Source of the DNA: a bacterium
GTDB lineage: Bacteria > UBA8248
Direction: 5' to 3'
Length of the DNA: 64,000 bases
NCBI GenBank assembly: GCA_965221165.1
Contig: CBDCRP010000003.1
Span: forward strand, 2,081,924-2,145,923
Positions 51,748 to 61,368 of the stretch are shown here, one piece after another. The position numbers and the translations under genes were made by a program. Within the stretch, counting starts at the first letter, position 1. The number at the start of each line of letters is the position of its first letter. A model generated the notes under the pieces. It ran no database searches and had not been told where the DNA came from. It saw only the letters and a list, made by a program, of their open reading frames with translations.

Positions 51748-52716
51748 TTGGCGAAGTCGGCTTCCGGGTTGTCCCGAAAACGCTTGGGTGAAATCTACCG
51801 CACCATGCTCAGAATCCGCCGCTTCGAGGAGACGGCGGACGATCTCTACATGGCGGGCAAGGTGGTGGGCGGCGTGCATGTGAGCATCGGGCAGGAGGCG
51901 TGCTCCGCCGGCGTGTGCGCGGCCCTGAGAGAGGATGACGCCGTGCTCACCACCCACCGGGGGCATGGCCATTCCATCGCCAAGGGAACGCGCCTGCCCG
52001 AGATGCTGGCCGAACTGATGGGCAAGGTGACCGGCCTTTGCCGCTCCAAGGGCGGCTCGATGCACATCGCCGACGTGTCGAAGGGCCACTACGGCGCGCA
52101 TTCCATCGTGGGCGCCAACATGCCGATGGCGGCGGGCATCGGCCTCGCCTTTCAACTCGAGGGCAAAGACCGGGTGGCGGTGGTCTTCTTCGGCGACGGG
52201 GCTTCGAACAACGGGGCGTTTCACGAGTCGATGAACCTGTGCGCCATCTGGAAGCTGCCGGTCGTCTTTTTCTGTGAGAACAACCAGTACGCCGTCAGCG
52301 TGCCGGCGGAGTATTCCACGTCGGTCGACGACATCAGCGTGCGCTCGAAAGGCTATGACGCCCCCGGCCTTACGGTGGACGGCATGGACGCGGTGGCGGT
52401 CTACGAGGCGAGCCGCGCAGCCGTGGCCCACGCGCGGCGCGGCTCAGGACCAAGCCTTATCGAAGCGAAAACCTACCGGTTTTTCGGCCACTCGCGCGGC
52501 GATCCGCACTACGGCATGTACCGGACGAAAGAGGAATGGCAGGGCTGGAAAGAAAGAGACCCCCTCATCTTGTGCGAGAAAATGCTCAAGATGACGAAAA
52601 AAGAGAAAAAAGCGCATGCGGATGCGGTGGAAGCGGAGATAAGCCAAGCGGTTAAATTTGCGGAGAACAGCCCCGAGCCCGAAGAAAGCGTGGCGCTCGA
52701 GGACATTTTCGCCTGA
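51748..52716 (+). CDS. TPP-dependent dehydrogenase E1 alpha subunit, copy 2
   Basis: HRGHGH, GGSMH, GDGA...ENN, TYRFFGHS. Confidence 0.92.
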   Translation: MAKSASGLSRKRLGEIYRTMLRIRRFEETADDLYMAGKVVGGVHVSIGQEACSAGVCAALREDDAVLTTHRGHGHSIAKGTRLPEMLAELMGKVTGLCRSKGGSMHIADVSKGHYGAHSIVGANMPMAAGIGLAFQLEGKDRVAVVFFGDGASNNGAFHESMNLCAIWKLPVVFFCENNQYAVSVPAEYSTSVDDISVRSKGYDAPGLTVDGMDAVAVYEASRAAVAHARRGSGPSLIEAKTYRFFGHSRGDPHYGMYRTKEEWQGWKERDPLILCEKMLKMTKKEKKAHADAVEAEISQAVKFAENSPEPEESVALEDIFA

Positions 52717-52727
52717 GGGAATCCGAG

Positions 52728-53711
52728 ATGCCTGAACGCACATACGTCGAAGCCCTGAACGAGGCGCTCCACGAAGAGATGGAGCGCGATGAGAAGGTGT
52801 TCCTCATGGGCGAGGACGTGGCGTTCGATTATTTCGGCGTGTGCGCGGGGCTGGCCGATCGGTTTGGCCGGGATCGGGTGCGCGATACGCCCATCTGCGA
52901 ACTCGGCTTCACGGGGGCGGGGGTGGGCGCCGCGATGGCGGGCTACCGGCCCATCGTGGACTTGCGCTTCATGGATTTCGCCACCTACGCGCTCGACCCC
53001 ATCGTGAACCAGGCGGCGAAACTCCGCTACATGCTGGGTGGGCAGCTTTCCGTTCCCATGGTGGCGAGGATACCCAGCGGCGCGGGTCTTCAGTACGGCG
53101 CGACGCACGGGCAATCGCTCGAAGCGTGGTTCATGCAGGTGCCGGGCCTGAAAGTCCTGTATCCAAGCAGCCCGCCCGACGCCAAGGGGCTCCTGAAGAC
53201 GGCCGTTCGCGACGACAATCCGGTCATGTTCATCGAGCACAGATTGCTCTATGCGCAAAAGACGAAACAAATGGTGCCCGAGGGCGATTACACCATCCCC
53301 ATCGGGGTGGCCGACGTGAAGCGGGAAGGAGGCGACGTCACCATCGTGGGAATCGGCTACCAGATGCGCCATTGCCTGGCGGCGGCGGAGGCTCTGGCGG
53401 AAGAGGGGATCGACTGCGAAGTGCTCGACCCGCGTTCGCTCTCGCCTTTGGACGTTGCGTCCATCACGGATTCCGTGCGCAAGACGAGCCGCTGCGTCAT
53501 CGTGGAGGAAGGCCACTTGAGAAGCGGAGTGGGCGCAGAGATTTCAGCCGCCATACAGGAATCGGTTTTTGAATACCTCGACGCCCCCATCGGCCGCGTC
53601 GCCGCGCTCATGGCGCCCATACCCGTTCAGACGAAACTCGAAAAATTCGTGCTCCCGAGCACGGAGAAGGTCATCACCGCCGTCCGCAAGGCGCTTGGCG
53701 TTCCCGCCTGA
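52728..53711 (+). CDS. TPP-dependent dehydrogenase E1 beta subunit, copy 2
   Basis: MGEDV, DTPICE, HGQSLE, DDNPV motifs. Confidence 0.92.
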   Translation: MPERTYVEALNEALHEEMERDEKVFLMGEDVAFDYFGVCAGLADRFGRDRVRDTPICELGFTGAGVGAAMAGYRPIVDLRFMDFATYALDPIVNQAAKLRYMLGGQLSVPMVARIPSGAGLQYGATHGQSLEAWFMQVPGLKVLYPSSPPDAKGLLKTAVRDDNPVMFIEHRLLYAQKTKQMVPEGDYTIPIGVADVKREGGDVTIVGIGYQMRHCLAAAEALAEEGIDCEVLDPRSLSPLDVASITDSVRKTSRCVIVEEGHLRSGVGAEISAAIQESVFEYLDAPIGRVAALMAPIPVQTKLEKFVLPSTEKVITAVRKALGVPA

Positions 53712-53718
53712 TGGTTTT

Positions 53719-54702
53719 TCAGTCCTGAGCGACGATGGGATTTCTGAGAATCCCTACGTGCTCGACCTCGCATTCCACCACGTCTCCCGGCTTGAGAAGA
53801 AACGGTTCGGGGTCTTCCTGCTCCAGGGCCACGCCGCAGAACGTGCCCGATGAGATGATGTCTCCGGGTTCCAACGACATCTGGCTGTAGAAGGCGATGA
53901 GCTCGGGTATCTTGAAGATCATGTCGGTCAACAGTTCATCCTGGCGCGTCTCGCCGTTCACCCGGCATTGCACGCGCAGCGATTCGGGGTTCGGCACCTC
54001 GTCCGACGTGACGATGTAGGGGCCGATGGGGTTGGTGGTGTCGAAGTTTTTCCCGAGGAACACGCCGCCCAGAGCGGGGGTGCGCTGCACCTCGCGCGCC
54101 GTGATGTCGTTGTAGACCGTATAGCCCATGATGACGTCGAAGGCGTTTTCGAGCTTCACGTCCTTGCAGTATTTACCGATGATGATGCCGACCTCCACCT
54201 CGTAATCGAGCATACGGGTTTGCTTCGGGTAGAGCACCGGCTCCTCGTGGCCGACGAGCGAGGAATCGAAGCGCGGCGCGCCCGGCACGTTTTCGGGAAC
54301 CGTATGGCCCGTGTTCGCGACGTGTTTGTTCGAGTTGAGACCGGTGTGGAAAAACTTGCCGGGGTGGGGAATCGGCGCCCTCAAGCGCACGTGCCTGTCT
54401 TTAAGAGCGGCGAGTTCTCCATCCGGCCCCACAGGTTCTCCGCCTGAGGCGATAATCGCCTCCGCATGGCCGAGCGCCGCGCCCGCTGCGGCGAGGGCCG
54501 GTTCCCCGCCGCAGAGAAAATCGCGCATGTTCCGGGGAATCCGCGCGTTCGCCATGGCGTAGGGGCGTCCTTCGCCCTCTTTTTCCACGAGATAGCTCGC
54601 GTAGGCGAGCCGCAGGTCGAGGGTTCTCCCGTCGGCCAGGACGGCTCCCAGGCGGTCTCCGGTAGCTCCCGGCGAGAGGTTCCTGTAGGTGGCGAGTTTC
54701 AT
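53719..54702 (-). CDS. Fumarylacetoacetate hydrolase family protein
   Basis: LDYEVE, NDITARE.Q, GKNFD, GDII.SGT motifs. Confidence 0.92.
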   Translation of the reverse strand: MKLATYRNLSPGATGDRLGAVLADGRTLDLRLAYASYLVEKEGEGRPYAMANARIPRNMRDFLCGGEPALAAAGAALGHAEAIIASGGEPVGPDGELAALKDRHVRLRAPIPHPGKFFHTGLNSNKHVANTGHTVPENVPGAPRFDSSLVGHEEPVLYPKQTRMLDYEVEVGIIIGKYCKDVKLENAFDVIMGYTVYNDITAREVQRTPALGGVFLGKNFDTTNPIGPYIVTSDEVPNPESLRVQCRVNGETRQDELLTDMIFKIPELIAFYSQMSLEPGDIISSGTFCGVALEQEDPEPFLLKPGDVVECEVEHVGILRNPIVAQD

Positions 54703-54968
54703 GGAGGTCTCCTTTTCATTACGGAAAGATGAAGAATCGCGCATGTATGGGGGGACGCGCATCGCAATTTCCGCATCCTACAGAACGAAAGCGCGGATTG
54801 TCCATGAAGCGCGGAGCCGCCCGGGATATGGGGGTTTGAGGGATTCTGGCTCCGCGCAAAGGGCATGACACAAGACGAATGGCTCTTGACGAGCCGGGGA
54901 AAGAGAGGGATAAATATTACTTCACATAAAGTCGGTGTTTTCAATCGTTTTTCAGTCAAGGTTTCGCC

Positions 54969-55988
54969 ATGCGCACTTATATCATAAGACGCTGCCTGCA
55001 AAGCTTCATCGTGTTCGCGGCGATACTGGTCATCGTGTTCTCGATGCTCCAGATCACCGGAAACCCCGCAGCCGTCCTGATGCCGCTCGATTCCACGGAA
55101 GAGGACATCCAGGCCTTCAGCAAGGAGATGGGCTTCGACCAGCCCCTGCCGATTCAGTTCGCCAAGTTCATGCTGGGCTCGGATTTGGTGGACGACTTGC
55201 TCGGCTCCGAAAGACCGAAAAATCAGGTCGATGAACTCGAACGCGACCCCGACGCGCCCAAAATCGTCAGGACCAAGGGCGTTATTCGAGGAGATTTCGG
55301 TTTTTCCTACCGCCACGAGATTCCGGCGATGGGCCTCGTGCTGGAGCATTTCCCCAACACGGTTCTCCTCGCCCTGGTGGCGGTGCTCATCGCCGTGGTG
55401 ATCTCCATACCCGCAGGCGTTCTCTCGGCCACCTTCCGCAACACGTGGATCGACTACACCAGTTCGGTCGGCGCGATGTTCGGCCAGTCGATGCCGAACT
55501 TCTGGCTCGGCCTTGTGCTCATCATCGTCTTCGCCGTCTACCTGGGCTGGCTGCCCACGTCGGGTTTCGAAGCCTGGTATTACATTATTCTGCCGGCGGT
55601 CACGGCGGGCCTGTACGCCACCGCGCGCATCACGCGCCTGGTGCGCTCCCAGATGCTCGACGTGCTGGGCATGGACTACGTGCGCACGGCGCGCTCGAAG
55701 GGAATCGTGGAGTGGCTCGTGGTGGTTCGCCACGCCCTGAAGAACGCATCGATTCCGGTCGTCACCCTGGTGGGTTTCGAACTGGGTATTCTGCTCGGCG
55801 GCACGGTGGTGACCGAAGCCGTCTTCGCGTGGCCGGGCGTGGGCTTTCTGGTGGTGGACGCCATCAACAACCAGGACTACCCCATCGTTCAGGCGGCGGT
55901 GGCCCTGCTGGCGTTCGTGTTCGTTTTCGTGAATCTCGTGGTGGACATACTCTACGCATGGCTCGACCCGAGAATTTCCTATGGCTAA
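54969..55988 (+). CDS. ABC transporter permease (DppB-like)
   Basis: GDFG.S, PNFWLG, DYVRTARSKG, LDPRI. Confidence 0.93.
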   Translation: MRTYIIRRCLQSFIVFAAILVIVFSMLQITGNPAAVLMPLDSTEEDIQAFSKEMGFDQPLPIQFAKFMLGSDLVDDLLGSERPKNQVDELERDPDAPKIVRTKGVIRGDFGFSYRHEIPAMGLVLEHFPNTVLLALVAVLIAVVISIPAGVLSATFRNTWIDYTSSVGAMFGQSMPNFWLGLVLIIVFAVYLGWLPTSGFEAWYYIILPAVTAGLYATARITRLVRSQMLDVLGMDYVRTARSKGIVEWLVVVRHALKNASIPVVTLVGFELGILLGGTVVTEAVFAWPGVGFLVVDAINNQDYPIVQAAVALLAFVFVFVNLVVDILYAWLDPRISYG

Positions 55989-56004
55989 GGTGTAAGGACG
56001 GTTT

Positions 56005-56934
56005 ATGGTTGTCGACGACAGGGCGGCGACGCTCAACATCGAAATCGATGAGGACATGGAACGCGGGCCGAGCGACTTTCAGCTCGCCATGATGGAGTTA
56101 AAGCGCAGGCCGCCTGCGATCTTCGGCGCGTTTTTCGTCTCCCTCGTCATCATCTTCGCCCTCGTGCCCGGGTTGTTCTCCCCGCTGGACCCGCTCTCGC
56201 AGGATTTGGGGCGCTACCTCAAGGCGCCCGGCTTCGTCGACAAGGCGGGCGACGTGTACTGGCTGGGCACGGACCAGCAGGGCCGCGACATTCTGAGCCG
56301 CATCATCTGGGGTTCGCGCATCTCGCTCATCGTCGGCATCGCCGCAGTCGTCGTGAGCGGACTCATCGGCATCACGGTCGGTATTTTCGCAGGCTATTTC
56401 GGCGGCTGGGTGGACACCGTCATCAGCCGCATCATCGATACGGCCCTGGCCGTTCCCTTCATCCTGCTGGCCATCAGCCTTGTGGCGATACTGGGGCCGA
56501 GCCTTCAGAACATCGTCTTGGTCATCGCGCTGAGGACCTGGCTCGTCTACGCGCGGGTAGTGCGCGCGGAGGTTCTCTCCATCAAGGAGAACGAGTTCGT
56601 CACCGGAGCGAAGGCGACGGGCTGCGGCACGTTGCGGATTCTGTTCATCTATCTTTTCCCGAACGTGGCTTCTACGACCATCGTCATCGCCACCCTGTAC
56701 CTGGGCCGGATGATCATCATCGAATCCGCTCTCTCCTTCCTGGGGCTGGGCGTGCCGCCCCCCACGCCGACGTGGGGCGGAATGCTCGCCGACGGCAGGA
56801 GTTTTCTCGACACGGCCTGGTGGATAGCACTCTTCCCCGGCCTCATCCTCATGCTCACGGTCTTGAGCGTGAACCTTCTGGGCGACTGGCTGCGCGACGT
56901 GCTCGACCCGAGAATGAAGCGCCTGGCCGAGTAG
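56005..56934 (+). CDS. ABC transporter permease (DppC-like)
   Basis: LGTD..GRD, ESALSFLGLG, GDWLRDVLDP. Confidence 0.93.
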   Translation: MVVDDRAATLNIEIDEDMERGPSDFQLAMMELKRRPPAIFGAFFVSLVIIFALVPGLFSPLDPLSQDLGRYLKAPGFVDKAGDVYWLGTDQQGRDILSRIIWGSRISLIVGIAAVVVSGLIGITVGIFAGYFGGWVDTVISRIIDTALAVPFILLAISLVAILGPSLQNIVLVIALRTWLVYARVVRAEVLSIKENEFVTGAKATGCGTLRILFIYLFPNVASTTIVIATLYLGRMIIIESALSFLGLGVPPPTPTWGGMLADGRSFLDTAWWIALFPGLILMLTVLSVNLLGDWLRDVLDPRMKRLAE

Positions 56935-56959
56935 CGCCCCTGACGGGAGGATACTCTCC

Positions 56960-57952
56960 ATGTCGAACCCCGAACTTCCCCCGAGCGTTCTCGTGCGCGA
57001 CGTCGTCATGCGCGACGGCATCCAGAACCTGAAACAGGTGCTGCCCACGGAACTCAAAGTCGAGATCATCGAAGGGCTCGCGGATGCGGGAATTCGCCGC
57101 ATCGAGGCCACGAGCTTCATGAACCCCAAGGCGGTGCCCGCCACGGCCGACGCGGACGAGGTGATGCGCCGCATCAAGAGAAAGCCGGGCGTCACTTACG
57201 AGTGCCTGGTAGCCAACGAGCGCGGCGCGCGCCGGGCGGTGGACGCAGGGAGCGACGGGGTGCAGCAGGTCATCTCCATCACGGACGTGCACAACCGCGC
57301 GAACGTGAACCGCTCGGTGAAGCAAAGCCTCGATGAGATGGCTAAAATCTCGAAAATCGTGAAGGGCGCGGGCATCCCCTTCAGCGGGGCGATAAGCCTC
57401 TCGACGGGGTGTCCCTACACCGGGCGCGTGGCCGAAGAAGTGATCTACGACATCGCCGAAAAATACGACGGGCTGGGCGTGGACGAGTTCTTCCTGTGCG
57501 ATTCGATGGGCATGGGCGACCCCGCGCGGATGGGCCGGATGGTGAGCGAACTTAAAGCTCGCTGGCCGGATAAGGGCCTTGTGGTCCACCTGCACAACAC
57601 GCGCGGCATGGGCCTCGCCAACGCCCTGGCCTCGATGCAGGCGGGAGCGGACGTGCTCGACGCCTCTCTGGGCGGCATCGGCGGGTGCCCCTTCGCGCCG
57701 AACGCTTCGGGCAACATATCGACCGAAGATCTGGCCCACATGCTCTGGCTGATGGAGGTGGAAACGGGAGTGGACGTGGACGCCCTGATCGGCCTGGCGA
57801 AAAAGCTGGCCGACGCCATGGAAGCGCCCTTACACGGCACGGTGTTAAAGGCGGGCAAGAGCTTCAAGAAGACGCCTACGCCCGAGTGGCTTCTGGTGGA
57901 TGAGGACGCCCGCACCACCCAGGCGGTGGATGAGCTGGCCGTGCGTTTCTAG
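56960..57952 (+). CDS. Hydroxymethylglutaryl-CoA lyase family protein
   Basis: RDGIQN, H.HNTRG, GGIGGCPFAP..SGN..TED. Confidence 0.9.
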   Translation: MSNPELPPSVLVRDVVMRDGIQNLKQVLPTELKVEIIEGLADAGIRRIEATSFMNPKAVPATADADEVMRRIKRKPGVTYECLVANERGARRAVDAGSDGVQQVISITDVHNRANVNRSVKQSLDEMAKISKIVKGAGIPFSGAISLSTGCPYTGRVAEEVIYDIAEKYDGLGVDEFFLCDSMGMGDPARMGRMVSELKARWPDKGLVVHLHNTRGMGLANALASMQAGADVLDASLGGIGGCPFAPNASGNISTEDLAHMLWLMEVETGVDVDALIGLAKKLADAMEAPLHGTVLKAGKSFKKTPTPEWLLVDEDARTTQAVDELAVRF

Positions 57953-57977
57953 GAAGCGTGGGGGGGCCGCCACTCCA

Positions 57978-59189
57978 TCAACCCAAATCGATTCCCTCAC
58001 GTTTAAGCTTTTCTTCCGTGTAGCCCAGGCGTTCCATCAACACCTCGCGGTTGCTCCTCCCCAGAGGCTCGCCCGCGTGGCGGACCTTGCCGGGCGTGCG
58101 TGAGAGTTTCCCGAAGGCCTCCTGCATCCGCACCGGGCCGCCCAGTTCCTTATCTTCGACTTCCGTGATGTTCCCGCGCGCGACCACCTGTTCGTTCTCG
58201 ACCACCATCTTCACGCTGTTGATGGGGGTGGCCGCGCCCTCGAACTCGGTCAGCCGCTCCATCACCTCATCCAGCGTCAGGGTCTTTAAGGTCTTCTGGA
58301 GTTCTTCCTCGATGGCGTCCGCGTTTTTCATGCGCTCGCGGTTGTCGGCGAACCTGGGGTCGGCGATTAAATCCGCACGCCCCAGACCCTTGCAGATGTT
58401 CTCGAAGATGGACTGGTTCGAACCCGCGATGAGCACCCACTGGCCGTCTTTGGTCTGAAAGTTGTTCCGGGGCACCGCGAACTCGAGCCGCGAACCGCTC
58501 CTGCCCTGGATGAAGCCCAACTGATCGTAATAGATCACCTGGGGACCCAGCATGGTGAGCAACTGCTCGTAAATCGCCAGGTCTATCTGCTGGCCCGCGC
58601 CGCCCCTCCGCTCGCGCTCCAAGAGCGCGACCATCACCAGAAACGCCGCGCCGATGCCTGTTGAGCAATCGCCCAGCCCCCAGGAGGGGCTCAGGGGCGG
58701 GCCGTCGGGGTAGCCGTTGATGTGGCTGAAGCCCGCGAAGGCCTCGGCCAGAGAGCCGAAACCGGGGCGGTTCTTATACGGCCCCGTTCTGCCGAACCCC
58801 GTGATGGAGAGCATGATGACGGCGGGGTTCACCTCTTTTAGATTTTCGTAGTCGAGTCCCCATTTTTCGAGCACGCCGGTGCGGTAGTTCTCCACTACGA
58901 CGTCGGCCTCGGCCACGAGTTTTTTCACCGCCTCGACGCCGAAGGGTGTTCTGAGGTCGAGCGTCACGCTCTTCTTGTTGCGGTTGATCATCTTGTAGTA
59001 GAGGCCCACGCCGTTTTTGTTGTGGCCCCAAAGGCGCATGGGGTCGCCGCCCCTGGGATTTTCGATCTTGACGACGTCCGCGCCGTAGTCTGCGAGATAC
59101 ATGGTGCAGAGCGGCCCCGCCAGGTAGTTCGATATGTCCACGACCCGCACGCCCGCAAGCGGCATGCGCGCAGTTTGTTCATCGTTCAT
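57978..59189 (-). CDS. CaiB/BaiF family CoA-transferase
   Basis: LADYGADVVKIE, NRNKKS, PGFG.LAEA motifs. Confidence 0.92.
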   Translation of the reverse strand: MNDEQTARMPLAGVRVVDISNYLAGPLCTMYLADYGADVVKIENPRGGDPMRLWGHNKNGVGLYYKMINRNKKSVTLDLRTPFGVEAVKKLVAEADVVVENYRTGVLEKWGLDYENLKEVNPAVIMLSITGFGRTGPYKNRPGFGSLAEAFAGFSHINGYPDGPPLSPSWGLGDCSTGIGAAFLVMVALLERERRGGAGQQIDLAIYEQLLTMLGPQVIYYDQLGFIQGRSGSRLEFAVPRNNFQTKDGQWVLIAGSNQSIFENICKGLGRADLIADPRFADNRERMKNADAIEEELQKTLKTLTLDEVMERLTEFEGAATPINSVKMVVENEQVVARGNITEVEDKELGGPVRMQEAFGKLSRTPGKVRHAGEPLGRSNREVLMERLGYTEEKLKREGIDLG

Positions 59190-59296
59190 GGAAAATCCTC
59201 ACGAGAAAATATTCGCCGGCGTGTTCAGGAAACGGGGAGAATGCTATCATCCGGCGAAATCTTTTGAAATCACGCGAGGCATCGCAGGAGAAAGTC

Positions 59297-60409
59297 ATGG
59301 GCTACCGGGGAATGCACGTCGTGGACGCCGACGCGCACTATCTCGAGGAAATTCGCGATTTCGCCAAGTACCTGAAGGGCCCCGCAGCCGAGCGCTTCGC
59401 CGACTGGAGCGGGCAGTACCACATGCCCGCCCTGGTGGGGGATCAGTACGACGTCATGCTGCACGGCCGCACGGTGCGGGGCGCGGAGGCCGGCAAGGGG
59501 GATCAGGACGAGATGCTCGGCATGTCGAGTCCCGCCGACATCCCCCTCGTGATGGAGCGCTTCGGCATCGACACCATCGTCATGATCCCCACCTACATGC
59601 TCATGGTCGAGTTCGTGCGCAACCCGAACCACGCCATGGACATCTGCAACGGCTACATTGACTACATGCTGGACGGCGTGTGCGCGCCCGATGCGGGCGT
59701 CTACACGCTGCTGGTGGCCGCAGGGCGCGACCCTGCGCGCGCGGCGAAGATGATAGACCGCGTGGCGGGCGCGCCCGCCGTCTGCGGGGTGGGGATGCTC
59801 GGCAGCGTGGAGCTTCCCCTGGGCGCCGAGGCGTACAACCCCATCTACGAGGCGGCGCAGCACCACGGCCTCCCCATCATCTTGCACGCGAACTTTTTAG
59901 GACCCGACCTTTCGAGCTTCGCCAAGTTTCCCTCCTTCCTCGAGAGCCACGCGCTGGACATGACCTGGTGCAACCAGGCGCAACTCGTGAGCATGGTGAT
60001 GGAAGGCGTGCCCGAGCGGTTCCCGGACCTCAAGATCGTCTTTCAGGAAAGCGGCATCACCTGGGTGGCGGGCCTCATGTACCGCCTCGACACCGAATAC
60101 ATGAGGCGGCGCGTGGAAGCCCCCCTCCTCCGGAAGCTGCCCAGCGAATACATCAAGGAGTTTTACTTCGGCACACAGCCGATGGAGGAGATGCCGAGAA
60201 AACAACTCAGGATGTTCTTCGAGATGCTCGATGCGGAGAACACCTTTTTGTTCGCGAGCGACTGGCCCCATTTCGATTACGACGAACCCTCGGCCATCGC
60301 CGACCTCCCGTTCCTGAGCGATGCGGGCCGCCGCAAGATCATGGGCGAGAACGCCCTGGGCGTCTTCCGCTTCACCGAGCAGACGGTGAACCTGGAAGTG
60401 AGCGCTTGA
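59297..60409 (+). CDS. Amidohydrolase_2-fold protein, possible dimetal monooxygenase subunit
   Basis: DADAH, ESHA, FQESG, TQPME, SDWPHFDYD motifs; coupled to a Rieske gene. Confidence 0.85.
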   Translation: MGYRGMHVVDADAHYLEEIRDFAKYLKGPAAERFADWSGQYHMPALVGDQYDVMLHGRTVRGAEAGKGDQDEMLGMSSPADIPLVMERFGIDTIVMIPTYMLMVEFVRNPNHAMDICNGYIDYMLDGVCAPDAGVYTLLVAAGRDPARAAKMIDRVAGAPAVCGVGMLGSVELPLGAEAYNPIYEAAQHHGLPIILHANFLGPDLSSFAKFPSFLESHALDMTWCNQAQLVSMVMEGVPERFPDLKIVFQESGITWVAGLMYRLDTEYMRRRVEAPLLRKLPSEYIKEFYFGTQPMEEMPRKQLRMFFEMLDAENTFLFASDWPHFDYDEPSAIADLPFLSDAGRRKIMGENALGVFRFTEQTVNLEVSA

Positions 60410-60786
60410 TGGCGAGGCGGCTATGGGCGGCTCGCGCGTCCGAGATAGGCCCCGGCGAACGGATTCGCCTGGAGCTCGGCGGGCTTAAACTCGGCATCTT
60501 TAGGCTGAGCGATGGATTTTTCGCGCTCGAGGATAAGTGCCCCCACCAGCAGGGCCCCGTCTGTAGCGGCAATCTCTTTCGCGAGGTCACGGCTTACGTT
60601 CAAGATGACGGCAGGGTGTGCGAGGATTACGCACGCGATGAGGCGGACGTTATCGCGTGTCCCATGCACGGCTGGGAGTTTGCGATACGAACGGGGGAAT
60701 GCCTCGCGAACCGAAAGAGAAAAGTCCAGCGCTTTCCCGTGGAAGTCGACGGGGAGGACGTCTACGTCATCCTGCCGGGGGGTTGA
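60409..60786 (+). CDS. Rieske [2Fe-2S] ferredoxin
   Basis: ATG overlaps the upstream stop (TGATG); CPHQ.GP and CPMHGWEF motifs. Confidence 0.9.
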   Translation: MARRLWAARASEIGPGERIRLELGGLKLGIFRLSDGFFALEDKCPHQQGPVCSGNLFREVTAYVQDDGRVCEDYARDEADVIACPMHGWEFAIRTGECLANRKRKVQRFPVEVDGEDVYVILPGG

Positions 60787-60858
60787 GCGGGAGGGGTTTT
60801 ATTCGCACGCGGCCCATGCCTTGAGACTGATTTCTATCCCAATCGTAAATCTGCCTTC

Positions 60859-60889
60859 TTGACAACGCAGCCTGAAACGCCTCTATAAT
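60859..60889 (+). promoter_or_regulatory. Putative promoter with 19-bp spacer
   Basis: Perfect TTGACA (60859) and TATAAT (60884) separated by 19 bp. Confidence 0.5.
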
Positions 60890-60924
60890 TTACGTTATAT
60901 CCACAGTTTTACCGGAAACAGGCG

Positions 60925-60948
60925 AGAGGACGTAAAGGTCCTCTTTTT
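60925..60948 (+). terminator. Terminator-like hairpin upstream of the VOC gene
   Basis: AGAGGAC-gtaaag-GTCCTCT followed by TTTT. Confidence 0.5.
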
Positions 60949-60975
60949 CGGCTCACTATTTCTGGAGGGGAAAAG

Positions 60976-61368
60976 ATGTCCATGCCCACCTACGGTTACG
61001 ATCATCTGCACTTTCGGAGCGAAGACCCCCACGCCGCCAGAAAATTCTGGGAGGAGATGTTCGGGGCCCGGGTGGTGGACGAGGGCGACCTGGGCGGTTC
61101 GCCTCTATTCAGTCTCGATCTGAACGGAATGCACTTTCTGGTCTCGGGAAGGGCGGAGGGCGAAAACCCCGTCCACACGACCAGCGACCCCCGCTACGGG
61201 CTGGATCATTTCGGTCTCGTCGTCGACGACATGGACAGGGCCGAGAGCGACCTGCGCGCGAAAGGGGCCGATTTTATCTGCGACCCCTGGGAGATCGGGC
61301 CGGGGACCAAGATCGCCTTCATCCGGGGGCCGGACGACATCAGCATCGAGCTCGTCTCGCGGGGGTAG
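60976..61368 (+). CDS. VOC/glyoxalase family protein
   Basis: DHLH, F..MFGA, GLDHFG..V.D, AFI.GPD...IEL. Confidence 0.9.
   Translation: MSMPTYGYDHLHFRSEDPHAARKFWEEMFGARVVDEGDLGGSPLFSLDLNGMHFLVSGRAEGENPVHTTSDPRYGLDHFGLVVDDMDRAESDLRAKGADFICDPWEIGPGTKIAFIRGPDDISIELVSRG

Noticed and set aside
60880-60945. Purine riboswitch (TATAAT...AGTTTTACC...CGTAAA fragments)
   Set aside because: The P1-P3 stems cannot be formed and the spacing is wrong; the motifs appear coincidental.
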